A stretch of 64,000 bases of DNA, from positions 46,504 through 110,503 of the forward strand of contig NIVC01002218.1 of assembly GCA_002269645.1 (NCBI GenBank). Direction: 5' to 3'. The translations under genes were made by a program, and so were the position numbers. This stretch comes from Macrostomum lignano (Eukaryota). This document shows positions 36,252 through 49,395 of the stretch, piece after piece. The first letter of the stretch is position 1, and each line of letters begins with the position of its first letter. Under the pieces are notes generated by a model. That model was given only the letters and a program-made list of their open reading frames with translations. It did not search any database and had not been told where the DNA came from.

Positions 36252-37640
36252 GCAGGCTAGATGAGGACAGTTCTCCCATTCATATTGGATGGGGATAATT
36301 CTCCTATGCAGGCTAGATGGGGATAATTCTCCCATACAGGCTGGGTGAGGATAATTCTCCCATTCAGGCTAGATGAGGATAATTCTCCCATACAGGCTAG
36401 ATGGGGATAATTCTCCCATACAGGCTAGATGAGGATAATTCTCCCATTCAGGCTAGATGAGGATAATTCTCCCATACAGGCTAGATGGGGATAATTCTCC
36501 CATACAGGCTAGATGAGGATAATTCTCACATGCAGGCTAGATGAGGATAATTCTCCCATTTAGACTGATTGGGGATAATTCTCCCATACAGGCTAGATGG
36601 GGATAATTCTCCTATGCAGGCTAGATGAGGATAATTCTCCCATTTAGACTGATTGGGGATAATTCTCCCATACAGGCTAGATGGGGATAATTCTCCTATG
36701 CAGGCTAGATGAGGATAATTCTCCCATACAGGCTAGATGAGGATAATTCTCACATGCAGGCTAGATGAGGATAATTCTCCCATACAGGCTAGATGAGGAT
36801 AATTCTCACATGCAGGCTAGATGAGGATAATTCTCCCATACAGGCTAGATGAGGATAATTCTCACATACAGGCTAGATGAGGATAATTCTCACATGCAGG
36901 CTAGATGAGGATAATTCTCCCATTTAGACTGATTGGGGATAATTCTCCCATACAGGCTAGATGGGGATAATTCTCCTATGCAGGCTAGATGAGGATAATT
37001 CTCCCATACAGGCTAGATGAGGATAATTCTCACATGCAGGCTAGATGAGGATAATTCTCACATACAGGTTAGATGAGGATAATTCTCACATGCAGGCTAG
37101 ATGAGGATAATTCTCACATGCAGGCTAGATGAGGATAATTCTCCCATGCAGGCTAGATGAGGATAATTCTCACATGCAGGCTAGATGAGGATAATTCTCA
37201 CATACAGGCTAGATGAGGATAATTCTCACATGCAGGCTAGATGAGGATAATTCTCCCATGCAGGCTAGATGAGGATAATTCTCACATGCAGGCTAGATGA
37301 GGATAATTCTCCCATTTAGACTGATTGGGGATAATTCTCCCATGCAGGCTAGATGGGGATAATTCTCCCATTTAGACTGATTGGGGATAATTCTCCCATA
37401 CAGGCTAGATGGGGATAATTCTCCCATGCAGGCTAGATGGGGATAATTCTCCCATGCAGGCTAGATGAGGACAATTCTCCCATACAGGCTAGATGATGAT
37501 AATTCTCCCATGCAGGCTAGATGAGGATAATTCTCCCATTTAGACTGATTGGGGATAATTCTCCCATACAGGCTAGATGGGGATAATTCTCCCGTACAGG
37601 CTGGATGAGGATTATTCTCCCATTCAGACTAGGTGGGGAT
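36252..37640 (+). repeat. 28-bp minisatellite downstream of SPT5
   Basis: Unit AGGCTAGATGAGGATAATTCTCCCATAC with variants; it begins just after an AATAAA at about 36242. Confidence 0.95.
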
Positions 37641-38077
37641 AATTAATCATTCAGAGTTCTAAACTTGGTTACGTGTGTTTTTTTTAATTTGTCGTCCCAG
37701 CAACACCCAGTGCTACATAAAATGGTAGGTTTCATCGTGCTGTTATTACATTATTCATATATTGCGAGTCAAATTAGTAAGCGTGATCGTTCGAAAACAA
37801 ATTTCAATTTCTATCATCTCACTCTACTACTGTTTGACTGAGGTCCAAGTAGTAGCATTAGTTTTAAAATATCGGAATGCTGTCTTATGAAAATTTGCTG
37901 TTTCAGAAAACAACAAATCATATTAGCTTGGTCAGCTCCTTATATAAACCTGTGTGTTCACCAATATATGCATGAATATTGACTCCGGCATTCTGTTTAG
38001 CGTATTACCATTGAAACCTCAATGGCTGTGTTATTTTCTGACTTGACTTTACTTTACCAAACATTTAGATTGGGGTG

Positions 38078-39665
38078 TTTGCCTGTCAGATGCTTGCCTG
38101 TCAGATGCTTGCCTGTCAGATGCTTGCCTGTCAGATGCTTGCCTGTCAGATGCTTGCCTGTCAGATGTTTGTCTGTCAGATATTTGCCTGTCAGATGCTT
38201 GCCTGTCAGATGCTTGCATGTCAGATGCTTGCCTGTCAGATGCTTGTCTGTCAGATATTTGTCTGTCAGATATTTGCCTGTCAGATGCTTGCATGTCAGA
38301 TGCTTGCCTGTCAGATGCTTGTCTGTCAGATGTTTGTCTGTCAGATATTTGCCTGTCAGATGCTTGCATGTCAGATGCTTGCCTGTCAGATGCTTGTCTG
38401 TCAGATGCTTGCCTGTCAGATGCTTGCCTGTCAGATGTTTGTCTGTCAGATATTTGCCTGTCAGATGCTTGTCTGTCAGATGCTTGCATGTCAGATGCTT
38501 GCGTGTCAGATGCTTGCCTGTCAGATGCTTGCCTGTCAGATGTTTGTCTGTCAGATATTTGCCTGTCAGATGCTTGCCTGTCAGATGCTTGTCTGTCAGA
38601 TGCTTGCATGTCAGATGCTTGCCTGTCAGATGCTTGCCTGTCAGATATTTGCATGTCAGATGCTTGTCTGTCAGATGCTTGCCTGTCAGATATTTGCATG
38701 TCAGTTGCTTGTCTGTCAGATGCTTGTCTGTCAGATATTTGCATGTCAGATGCTTGTCTGTCAGATGCTTGTCTGTCAGATATTTGCCCGTCAGATGCTT
38801 GTCTGTCAGATGCTTGCCTGTCAGATGCTTGCCTGTCAGATATTTGCATGTCAGATGCTTGTCTGTCAGATGCTTGCCTGTCAGATATTTGCCCGTCAGA
38901 TGCTTGTCTGTCAGATGCTTGCCTGTCAGATGCTTGCCTGTCAGATGCTTGCCTGTCAGATGCTTGCCCGTCAGATGCTTGCCTGTCAGATGCTTGCCCG
39001 TCAGATGCTTGCCCGTCAGATGCTTGCCTGTCAGATGCTTGCCCGTCAGATATTTGCTGTCAGATGCTTGCCTGTCAGATGCTTGTCTGTCAGATGCTTG
39101 CCTGTCAGATGCTTGCATGTCAGATGCTTGCCTGTCAGATGCTTGTCTGTCAGATGCTTGCCTGTCAGATGCTTGCCTGTCAGATGCTTGCCTGTCAGAT
39201 GCTTGCCTGTCAGATATTTGCATGTCAAATGCTTGTCTGTCAGATGCTTGTCTGTCAGATATTTGCATGTCAGATGCTTGTCTGTCAGATGCTTGCCTGT
39301 CAGATGCTTGCATGTCAGATGCTTGCCTGTCAGATGCTTGCCTGTCAGATGTTTGTCTGTCAGATATTTGCCTGTCAGATGCTTGTCTGTCAGATGCTTG
39401 CATGTCAGATGCTTGCATGTCAGATGCTTGCCTGTCAGATGCTTGCCTGTCAGATGTTTGTCTGTCAGATATTTGCCTGTCAGATGCTTGCCTGTCAGAT
39501 GCTTGCATGTCAGATGCTTGCCTGTCAGATGCTTGTCTGTCAGATGCTTGCCTGTCAGATGCTTGCCTGTCAGATGTTTGTCTGTCAGATATTTGCCCGT
39601 CAGATGCTTGCCTGTCAGATATTTGCTGTCAGATGCTTGCCTGTCAGATATTTGCCCGTCAAATG
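38078..39665 (+). repeat. 15-bp minisatellite
   Basis: Unit GCCTGTCAGATGCTT with variants; it accounts for the long spurious ORFs at 38-39.7 kb. Confidence 0.97.
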
Positions 39666-40127
39666 CCTGCCCACCGCACAATTCCCCGCTACAATGTATC
39701 GATCAATTTTTGCCTAGCTTATAGTCTTTACTTACTTCCTTAGCACGAGAATATTTTTTATCGTGAAAACCCACTTAAAGTACTGCTTGTGAGGCTTGGC
39801 AGTGTCCGGCGGGCAAGCGTGTGTAATGCCACAGATAGCGCTGCTAATACAGTTACAGTATATGTCATATTGGCAGGCAAAATTCGCACTCTTGTACATG
39901 TACGAGTACCCTGTCACTGTCTGCTGGTCTAATCTAATATCCATCACACTCTGCTCTCTACTTTTATCTGGGAGTAACGGCCCTGCGTCACATACTGATG
40001 AAGCCTGCATAGTGAAGTAGTGATAGAACTGAGCACCTACTTGATAGAGGTAGAGATAAAGAGATAGGAGCGGTAGAAATAGAGCTTGATTAGAGATAAA
40101 GATAAAACGATAGAGATTGTGGTCATC

Positions 40128-41502
40128 CTAGTGATCATGCATTCTAGGCTGGGGTCATAGTGCTAGTGGTCATGCATTCTAGGCTGGGGTCATAGTGCTA
40201 GTGGTCATGCATTCTAGGCTGGGGTCATAGTGCTAGTGGTCATGCATTCTAGGCTGGGGTCATAGTGCTAGTGGTCATGCATTCTAGGCTGGGGTCATAG
40301 TGCTAGTGGTCATGCATTCTAGGCTGGGGTCATAGTGCTAGTGGTCATGCATTCTAGGCTGGGGTCATAGTGCTAGTGGTCATGCATTCTAGGCTGGGGT
40401 CATAGTGCTAGTGGTCATGCATTCTAGGCTGGGGTCATAGTGCTAGTGGTCATGCATTCTAGGCTGGGGTCATAGTGCTAGTGGTCATGCATTCTAGGCT
40501 GGGGTCATAGTGCTAGTGGTCATGCATTCTAGGCTGGGGTCATAGTGCTAGTGGTCATGCATTCTAGGCTGGGGTCATAGTGCTAGTGGTCATGCATTCT
40601 AGGCTGGGGTCATAGTGCTAGTGGTCATGCATTCTAGGCTGGGGTCATAGTGCTAGTGGTCATTTATTCTAGGCTGGGGTCATAGTGCTAGTGGTCATGC
40701 ATTCTAGGCTGGGGTCATAGTGCTAGTGGTCATGCATTCTAGGCTGGGGTCAGTGCTAGTGGTCATGCATTCTAGGCTGGGGTCATAGTGCTAGTGTTCA
40801 TGCATTCTAGGCTGGGGTCATAGTGCTAGTGGTCATGCATTCTAGGCTGGGGTCATAGTGCTAGTGGTCATGCATTCTAGGCTGGGGTCAGTGCTAGTGG
40901 TCATGCATTCTAGGCTGGGGTCATAGTGCTAGTGGTCATGCATTCTAGGCTGGGGTCATAGTGCTAGTGGTCATGCATTCTAGGCTGGGGTCATAGTGCT
41001 AGTGGTCATGCATTCTAGGCTGGGGTCATAGTGCTAGTGGTCATTTATTCTAGGCTGGGGTCATAGTGCTAGTGGTCATGCATTCTAGGCTGGGGTCATA
41101 GTGCTAGTGGTCATGCATTCTAGGCTGGGGTCAGTGCTAGTGGTCATGCATTCTAGGCTGGGGTCATAGTGCTAGTGGTCATGCATTCTAGGCTGGGGTC
41201 ATAGTGCTAGTGGTCATGCATTCTAGGCTGGGGTCATAGTGCTAGTGGTCATGCATTCTAGGCTGGGGTCAGTGCTAGTGGTCATGCATTCTAGGCTGGG
41301 GTCATAGTGCTAGTGGTCATGCATTCTAGGCTGGGGTCATAGTGCTAGTGGTCATGCATTCTAGGCTGGGGTCATAGTGCTAGTGGTCATGCATTCTAGG
41401 CTGGGGTCATAGTGCTAGTGGTCATGCATTCTAGGCTGGGGTCATAGTGCTAGTGGTCATGCATTCTAGGCTGGGGTCAGTGCTAGTGGTCATGCATTCT
41501 AG
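40128..41502 (+). repeat. 35-bp minisatellite
   Basis: Highly homogeneous unit ATTCTAGGCTGGGGTCATAGTGCTAGTGGTCATGC. Confidence 0.97.
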
Positions 41503-42044
41503 GATAAGGGCCATTATATGACTCACAGTAACAGTATTATAATTCTAGCCAAGAATTACAGCGTTATATGTACGCATACAAGAGATTCCATATTTAGGTA
41601 GATAGTTATGAATGATTCCTAATAATTATTCAACTATCCAATTTTCCCGAGTCATTTCCCGACGCCTCTCTGGCGTCAGCGGTCAGCGCCTCCAGTAGGA
41701 TGCGGGTTGCCGGCTTAATCCGACTTGGCAATTAAATTTTTAATTATACTCATATTCTTATCACAAGTGCAGTACAGTAAAGCCACGCCATGACTGGGCA
41801 GGACTCGTGTGCACTGGGGTTGGCTGGCTCAAGTGAATGAATTGGAAAGCTTCAAAGAGTATTAAAAATGTCTGCTATCGAACATTATTGAGTTATCATT
41901 CACTGTGCTTTATTGCTGGCTCAGGAATAGTGACATAGCTGACAATTTTACTGAATCATATTTAAATAGGTAGATACAAATGCATTGCCTATCTTGTCTC
42001 TGTGTGTCTGTCTGTCTTAGTGTCTGTCTGTCTGCCTGTTTTAG

Positions 42045-42077
<33 letters not shown>

Positions 42078-42164
42078 TAGTGCCTTGATGTCTTAGTGTC
42101 TGTATGTCTGTCTGTCTGGCTGTCTGTCTGTCTGTCTGTCCATCTGTCAGTCCACCCAGCAGTG

Positions 42165-43807
42165 TCAGAGTCGGTCGGCCCCGGCCACATACGCCAGTCC
42201 GGCGGCCCGCCATCTCCCGGCAGCCGCGGCAGCTCTGAGCAGCTGCAGCTGGCCGCTGCCCAGCTGAATGGTGCTGGCGAAGTCGAACCTGTCAGCCAGG
42301 GCTCGGCAGGGCACCACGGGCCTGCTGCAGCTGGCGAACGGCGAGTCATCGTGCAAATAATAGACGCATTCGGCCAGGCTGCTGTTGGGAAAATATCCCA
42401 CTATCATCGACTCGATTGAGTTGGGCGTGCGGTACCACCGGCCATGGAATGGACGCCGCCTGGTGGGAAAAATATCCCCAATGGGGAAGCTGAATGGCGG
42501 CTCGCGGATCAGCAGTTGGTCCGTGGTTCGATTCAGTTGGTAGAAGAAAATGTCTATGGCCACGGGTCTGCGTGGGTAGCGATGTGAGCAATGAGTGCGA
42601 CAGCGAGATTGGTGTGTTGCTAGGGTTGCTAGGGGCAGGTACATTATCCTAGGCGCCAATTTTACTGGGAGGAGGCAGCGGGTTGCTAGGGTCAAGCAAC
42701 AGGTTGCTAGGGTCAAGCAACGGGTTGCTAGGGTCAAGTAATGGGCTGTTAGGGTCAAGCAACGGGTTGCTACGGGGAAGCAGCGGGTTGCTAGGGTCAA
42801 GCAACGGGTTGCTACGGGGAAGCAGCGGGTTGCTAGGGTCAAGCAACGGGTTGCTAGGGGGCAGTTACATTATCCTAGGCGCCAATTTTACTGGGAGGAG
42901 GCAGCGGGTTGCTAGGGTCAAGCAACGGGTTGCTAGGGTCAAGCAACAGGTTGCTAGGGTCAAGCAACGGGTTGCTAGGGTCAAGTAATGGGCTGTTAGG
43001 GTCAAGCAACGGGTTGCTACGGGGAAGCAGCGGGTTGCTAGGGTCAAGCAACGGGTTGCTAGGGGGAAGCAGCGGGTTGTTAGGGAAGGAAACGCTTTCA
43101 AGAAGTAAAACAGGCGAAACAGCTCTGCAACTGAAGCTCCATATCCCTATTACCACAGCATGATCACCTGTCCAGCACAGGGTCGAGAATGTCCCTCAGG
43201 TGCACCTTCCAGTGCTGATTGAGCCACTCGGTGTCCTGGAACAGCATACCGGGCCACTTGTACCTCAGCTTCTCCAGCACGATCTTGGCTGCCGCTTTCT
43301 GCTCCTCATCAATCCTCAAATCGATATCCTCATCGTAAGGGATCATCTCCAAGTGGCGCAGGGCGCCCAGAGCGGTGCCCATGTCCAGGTAGAAGTCCAC
43401 GCCGGCCCTCTCCAGCTCATCTGCCAGCCGGCCCAGCTGCTGCATCGCCTTGAGCCTGACCGGCCGGCTCAGCTTCTCAACAAAGCAGCGTTCGGAACTG
43501 GCCCGGCTGCGCGATGGCCTTCATCAGGTGCCAGTTCTGACTGGCAGGCGTCGGACAGTCGGTCCCAGTCCACGGCCGCCGACCTGGTCTGAAATGAATC
43601 TCTGCGGACGTCCCCGGACCAGCCGGCGAGTTTCAAAGCTTTGAAGCTGGTTGCTATGCAGACTTCTCTGTCGCTATTATTGCTGCTGTTTCCTGCGCGT
43701 CGCCACAGCAGCCAGCAAGTGACCACCAGGCCGAGGCAGACAGCCAGTCGGAGTCTGCATAGCCGCATCACTGGAACCTGGCGCAGCCCACAGTCCTTGC
43801 CAAGCAT
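42165..43807 (-). CDS. LicD/fukutin-related nucleotidyltransferase-fold protein, type II membrane (1-nt frameshift at about 43502)
   Basis: Exons 43807-43168 and 42567-42165. N-terminal signal anchor (LAVCLGLVVTCWLLW), LicD motif FYLDMGTALGALRHLEMIPYDEDIDL, then IDIFFY and DIFPTRRRPFHG. The start could be 43807 or the next ATG at about 43768. Confidence 0.8.
42625..43085 (+). repeat. 21-bp repeat arranged as two higher-order blocks in the LicD intron
   Basis: Unit GGGTTGCTAGGGTCAAGCAAC; the spacer TACATTATCCTAGGCGCCAATTTTACTGGGAGGAGGCAGC appears twice (about 42640 and 42867). Confidence 0.9.
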
Positions 43808-46800
43808 CCCCACTATATATACAGCCGGGCCAAGTGTGCATATTTAGGCTACGAGTATTTAAGCATCAAATATAGCATAGGATAGCATCGAGTGTCCTCA
43901 TCGCGCGGCATACCTGCAATAATAAACACACTTCAGCTGCTGCCGGGACTCCTCCAGACTGCCACCAAATCCTTATCTTATATTGTATATATGCAGCTAT
44001 GGCTGGTGTAATAAAATCTGTGCAACAGCCGAATTCTCCCCGCTCATCCATGTTCAGATAAAGAGCGACTGCTGGTGCAAGTGGGTGGCACAGCTATTAG
44101 ACTGGAGATTGATGGAGCTGGGGCGGGGGGGGTTCTGTTTATCTCATCTCGAATAGTTTCAGGCAAGGTCGCGCAGCTCCGCTCTCCGCTCTTCTGGTCA
44201 AGACCAGAAGTTCCTGCGTCCAATCCAAGCGTCAGCTGTGGCTAGGACCAAGGACTACTATAGAAACTAGCCAACTGGAATGGAAATGTTTTGCATCACG
44301 GGTGCAGTCCTAGGGCTCGGCTCAGAAGGTCGCTACAATTCATTTCTTAGAAATGGGCTGACTTCTGGTAGGGAACGTGCATTTGGCGTATCGGGTTTAG
44401 CCATAGACGAAATTGGTGGAGAAAATTTCGATTTCTCTTGAGCATACTAAGACACGGCCAAGATACGTCGCCTCGTCGCCTTCTGACGAAATTGAATCAA
44501 GTGTAAAGTCCTACTTCAACTGTCCATGCAGGGGCTGCATGCTCTGCACTTAAATGTAACCCATTAGGATAAAAATGGTGTGTTTGCCGTCAGTCGGAGC
44601 TCCTCTCCCAGACACGCTAGAAGTCCATGGGCAGCGACAGCAGCAGCGAAAGCCCTTAGTAATTACGAAAAACAGGATGTGATTGCTGCAACAGCGGCCG
44701 CAGCTGGAGATGGGGAAGAGGGGGATGTTGCTGCCTATGGTTGGATGAGTGGCAGTTCGACCCTCAGTTCAGGGAGCATGGGCTGATCAGTTGAACATAG
44801 CTATAGCTTATCCCAGTATCTACCTTTGGCAGCCCGCTAGCTGTGTGCTTGCAGAGAATATGGTACAGAACAATATTTTACACTTCCCGATACTAATAAG
44901 AGACAACAGGAGAAAAACACAAATTTAACTTGCAATTTTTAGTTTGGGCATAGTTTAATCACAGTGAATTTGCTTAAACGCTACTAATAGTATCTTCCAG
45001 TTGCGGAAATATCAGTAATTAGGTTAGTTAGATCTTGCGGGATACCTTACCAGTAAAGAGCAGATGGGCTTCTGTCGTCTCCCGACCCTTAATAGACGGA
45101 GTTGAAAACTTGAATACGTTAAATAATTATTTGGGAAAAATCCGCGTTGGGCATCTCCCACCGGGGTGGGTACGCTTTATTACTCTGTGATTTAATACGG
45201 ATGGACAGTATTAGTTTTTTAGTTTTATGTTCACCTTACTTACACTACATGTTCTAATCACTGTATATTATTTATTTTTATTTGTGCTTTTTTGGTCGAA
45301 CAGTCTTTAGTCTACGGAGGTTGCCCTGGGCTATTCTAGGAATATCACTAGGCTGGCCGCTTTTGCCTTAATTAGGGATCTATTTTTTGCACCTTTTAGT
45401 AGATTTAATTGGTTTTCCCCGATTGGGATTCTAGTTTATGTATGGTTAGGTTGCATTAGTTGGAATCCTTCATAATAAGGATTTTTAGACTGACTGACTC
45501 TGTTCGAACAGAAAATCAATAAATCAACCATTGAGGCTATAATTTTATCTCTTGGGAACAATTTTGCCACTGAATATACTTTGCACTTTAAGTTATATTT
45601 GTGTTAGTTTTATACATTAGCTTTATTGAAATAATGTTTTATTATATATTTCTAAATTCACCTATTTGTTTTATGTATAGTTATATCCCCAATATTTGTT
45701 TTAAATTCTTCTAATTTGTTTTAGGCCATCGTCACCTCTTATTTCTTCATTATTTGTTTTAGCCTCTTGACCTTCGATCTTTCGTCGTTTTATCTTTTAA
45801 TCTTCATCTCTTATTTGATGCGTTTCTTCTCAATCGCTCATAATTGGACTAAATTTATTATGAACACTGAGCCTAAAATATAATATTTGCGTAGGAGCCC
45901 TCCCTAGGGCTGAAGCGCAGGGTAAATATTTTTGGCCCAACTTATCAAATAAAAAAATGTCGTCTCCCGACCCTTAAAAACTTTTAACTTTTTAACTATA
46001 AGTTGAAAGTTGGAAATAGAACATAGAAAACTAGATTTCACGAGAGGAGTCATGCCCTAGTAAATTGGGAATCACGCCCAAACGGCTCCTAAAGCAGGAA
46101 ATAATAGGGAAGTTAATGTTCAAAACCTCTTATTTACTGAAAATAACTTTATCACATTCTGTTGGACCGTTCCTGTCTCAATCAGTTGCTAAGTACTAAG
46201 ATTAGGAACCTCAGGAACCTGGTGGCAGCAACTACCAATCAAACCAGTTAGTCCATTTAAGCAACTAAAGAAACAAACTAGTGGCTTAATCGCGAGGCCA
46301 CACGACCGCGTAATAAACTTGAGGATCAACTTTGGACAGACAATAAAAGAGACTGCATGCGCAGCAAGCTAGAACTTCAATCGCATGTACCACAAAGCCT
46401 TGGCCTAGCAGTTACGCAAACTATTTCTGCAAATAGTCCAATTTGTCAAATTTGAGTCGGAATTGAGCTTGCATTGGTGAAGGGTCACTTAGCAGAGGGG
46501 ATTACTGTGCCATATCGGTTCGTTAGTCCAGATTCTGTGCAGGTCATGCAGATCATGCAGCGCCCAGAACTCCCCTCTCCCCTGCGGCCCCTTCGCGATG
46601 GTCTGTCAGCGGCTGCAGTAATGCTTTAAACGGTTTGAAAAGCAATGCGCCACGATGCAGACCGGCACCCGGACAAAAGCCCATGATATTTTGCCAACAC
46701 TTCAGGCTGGCAGGGAAAGGACGCTGAACTCTTCTGCGATAGAAAAGATCGGCTGCTGAACAGCAAGAACCGCTGAAATTTCTCGAGTGCAACAACGCTT

Positions 46801-47016
46801 TTCTGCTTCAGCTTCCCATCTCTTATTCAGTTTGAGGTCCCCATTGGCTGCAGCGCTCCAGCCAGCCACATCGGAGCAAGCAGTCCGCGGGGGGCCTTCT
46901 CACAGCTTCATCAGACCTAGAATCAGCTGAAGCTCTCCTGGCAACCCAACGGCCGCAGCACACGAACGCTGAACATCCAATTTTATTTTTTGAAAATCGG
47001 TCCGTCTGTCACAACA

Positions 47017-48830
47017 ATGCACTTGGCCACCTACGAGATGGAACTGTACGCCAATACTCGCGAGTACCGGCTGTACAAGTGGATCCACTGGTTCGCCGAC
47101 CCCTTCCTATTCTTGGTTGGCACTTTTGGTAACGCTCTGCTAATCTGGCTGCTGCTACCAAAGTGCCGAACCAATGTGGCCAACAAGTACCTGGTTGTGC
47201 TGGGGCTGGCCGACCAGCTAGTGCTCACGTCTAGCCTGCTCAACCGCTGGCTGCAGCAGTTCTTTGGGTTCAGCATCGAGCTACAGTGCCTGGCCTGTTG
47301 CCTGGGGAACAAGTTCGTGTCCTACTTCTCCAGCTACTTCTCCGCGCTGCTGATCAGCGTGGTCTCCTTGGAGCGAGCCCTGGTCATCTCTTTCCCGCTG
47401 AAGGCCGCCAGCTTTCAGTCTTCAAAGCGAATGCGACTCATCCTCACAGCCATCCTAGTCTTCAGCGGCCTCATCAACTCCTACTGGTTCTTCATCTTGG
47501 AAAGGCGACCGCACTCGGGTCAGAACGATACGGTTCTGTACGACTCCTGTGACATCAAACCGGAAGCTGAACACCTGACCGGACCAATCAGCATTCTTGA
47601 CGCCGTGCTGTACTTCATTCTGCCTCTGCTTGTGATCTTCTCCTGCAACATTGTCACCATCTGCCAGCTGCGCAGAGCCCGGGTGCGCCGGCAGCAGAGG
47701 CTCAACGCCAGCCAAGGCCGCAACTGCCAGCATCAGTCTGGTGAGTCACCACGATGTTTGATTGCCATCAATTAACCCTCCATAACCCTAACCCTAACCC
47801 TAACCCTAACCCCCTAACCCTCCATAACCCTAGCTCTAACCCTAGCCCTAACCCTCCATAACCCTAGCCCTAACCCTAGCCCTAACCCTAACCCCCCTAA
47901 CCCTCCATATGGCCCAGATTTGGCCCCACCCGCATATTTTCGAGTACATAAATGTACTTTTATATTTTGCGGGCACACAACCAGCGCTGACGACAGTTGT
48001 GCTCGTTCCACTGACTCCTGAGGACACACAAGCACACCCATACTGTACGCAGGCTCATACACACGCTCACTCAGGGTGTACGGAATCGAACCAGGGGTCG
48101 CAGCGCGAGAGTCGGACGCGTTTACCGTTGAGCTGCCCTGCCGCTGTCAAGGTAGCCAAGGCTTGGGCAAAGTCTGAGAGTACCGAGCTGTCTAGAAGTG
48201 ACACGCGTGACGTTAATCCCCTATCCCCCTAAGAAAAGCTTCCCGCTGTCTCGCTAATGAATTTTGCAGCGATAGCCGGTCTGCCGCGAAATTGAAGTGC
48301 AACGCCCATCTGCTTCTTTATTTGCTCCCCTTCTCGCAGGCCTGTCATCGGCAAGTACATCCGCAGTCAGAGAGACGCCGAATCCCAACAGGAAGAACCG
48401 AAACGCCGAGGAGAGCGTCCGGCAGGTGACCATCCTGCTCCTCTCCATCTCCACGTTCTACTTTGTCGCCTCGTTTCCGGTGACCCTGCTAAAGATCCTG
48501 ACCACCCTGTCCGGGGTCATTGACCTCGCCGCTCTGAGCGAGAATATTCATTCCTACTCTCGCTACCGCCTGGTTGAGGCCATCACCCACCTGTGCATGT
48601 ACTCCAACCACTGCGTGAACTTCCTGCTGTACTGCGCATCCGGGCAGAAAATTCGCAACGAGCTTCGAGTCCGACTGCGCCAGGCCTGCTGCCGCTGCTC
48701 CGGCGAGCCCAGCTCCAGCGTCACGAACGGCCGAGCCACTGCTCTCGGAGTTGGCGAAGCCGCGACCATGGCGCAGTGTGGACAGTTCAGACAGCAGACG
48801 GTTCCTCTAACGGCCTCCAATGCTGTCTGA
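47017..48830 (+). CDS. Class A (rhodopsin-like) peptide-type GPCR, about 404 aa
   Basis: Exons 47017-47740 and 48340-48830 (phase 1). Seven hydrophobic segments; TM1 GTFGN, TM2 LGLAD, TM3 SLER, TM5 LP, TM6 FP, TM7 SNHCVNFLLY. Confidence 0.9.
47773..48140 (-). mobile_element. Putative tRNA-derived SINE with TTAGGG-like tail in the GPCR intron
   Basis: On the minus strand, 48140-48072 reads CAGGGCAGCTCAACGGTAAACGCG...CCTGGTTCGATTCCGTACACCCTG (A-box-like and B-box). The element ends in degenerate (TTAGGG)n at 47904-47773. Confidence 0.5.
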
Positions 48831-49395
48831 CAAGGACACTCCAGAACTGCGGTGGAATTTTGAGCTGATCTCGCTGCTCTTATGCATCTCTGGTGGGTCT
48901 CTCTGTGAACGAAAATTGGCTGAGGGAGTTATTGCGCCATTCACACCCCAGCATTGTGTCTCAGCGCTGGCAGTGGGAAGGTGTCACAGAAGGCCTTGCA
49001 CCAGGGTGCTCAAAATTCTGTTTTTGGGAGGATAATTTATTGAAAAGAAAGACATTTTAAGCCTGAAGTGTTATAATAAACACTTTCAATTTAAATAAAA
49101 AACGTTTTAGCCTTCTGGAAAATTTGTTTGCGTTTTTGGGTAAAGACTGGTCTGTAAATTGTGTCTGTTATCTATCGGAATTCCCGGGAGAGTTCCCTAT
49201 GTGAACTGTTCGTTGATTACTTGTAGTACTGTCAGCCTATGTTGTTCTGACACTGTTTCTAATTTGCTTGCTAATTGTGCTTGTTCAATGTGTATCTATA
49301 GTTTGCTGTTGTAGTGGCTTGTTAAGAAGATGTGAAATTGGGCACCCAAAGTTAACTATGAACTTTAAAGTTTGTGTGTTAGACGAATAATTACT

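Noticed and set aside
38022-39743. Multiple 480-570 aa ORFs on both strands
   Set aside because: They are products of a 15-bp tandem repeat with no unique coding sequence or splice context.
40128-41502. CRISPR-like regular 35-bp repeats (also the 28-31-bp arrays)
   Set aside because: The units are head-to-tail with no unique spacers, there are no cas genes, and the context is eukaryotic.
44150-44560. Minus-strand stretch weakly resembling a decayed RT C-terminus (TYLGRVL)
   Set aside because: There are many stops and no catalytic motif; it cannot be supported without a profile search.
45060-45980. 19-bp direct repeat TGTCGTCTCCCGACCCTTA (about 45074 and 45958) and hairpin CCCACCGGGGTGGG, possibly Helitron-like
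   Set aside because: I could not establish TC/CTRR ends or a TSD; the evidence is too thin.
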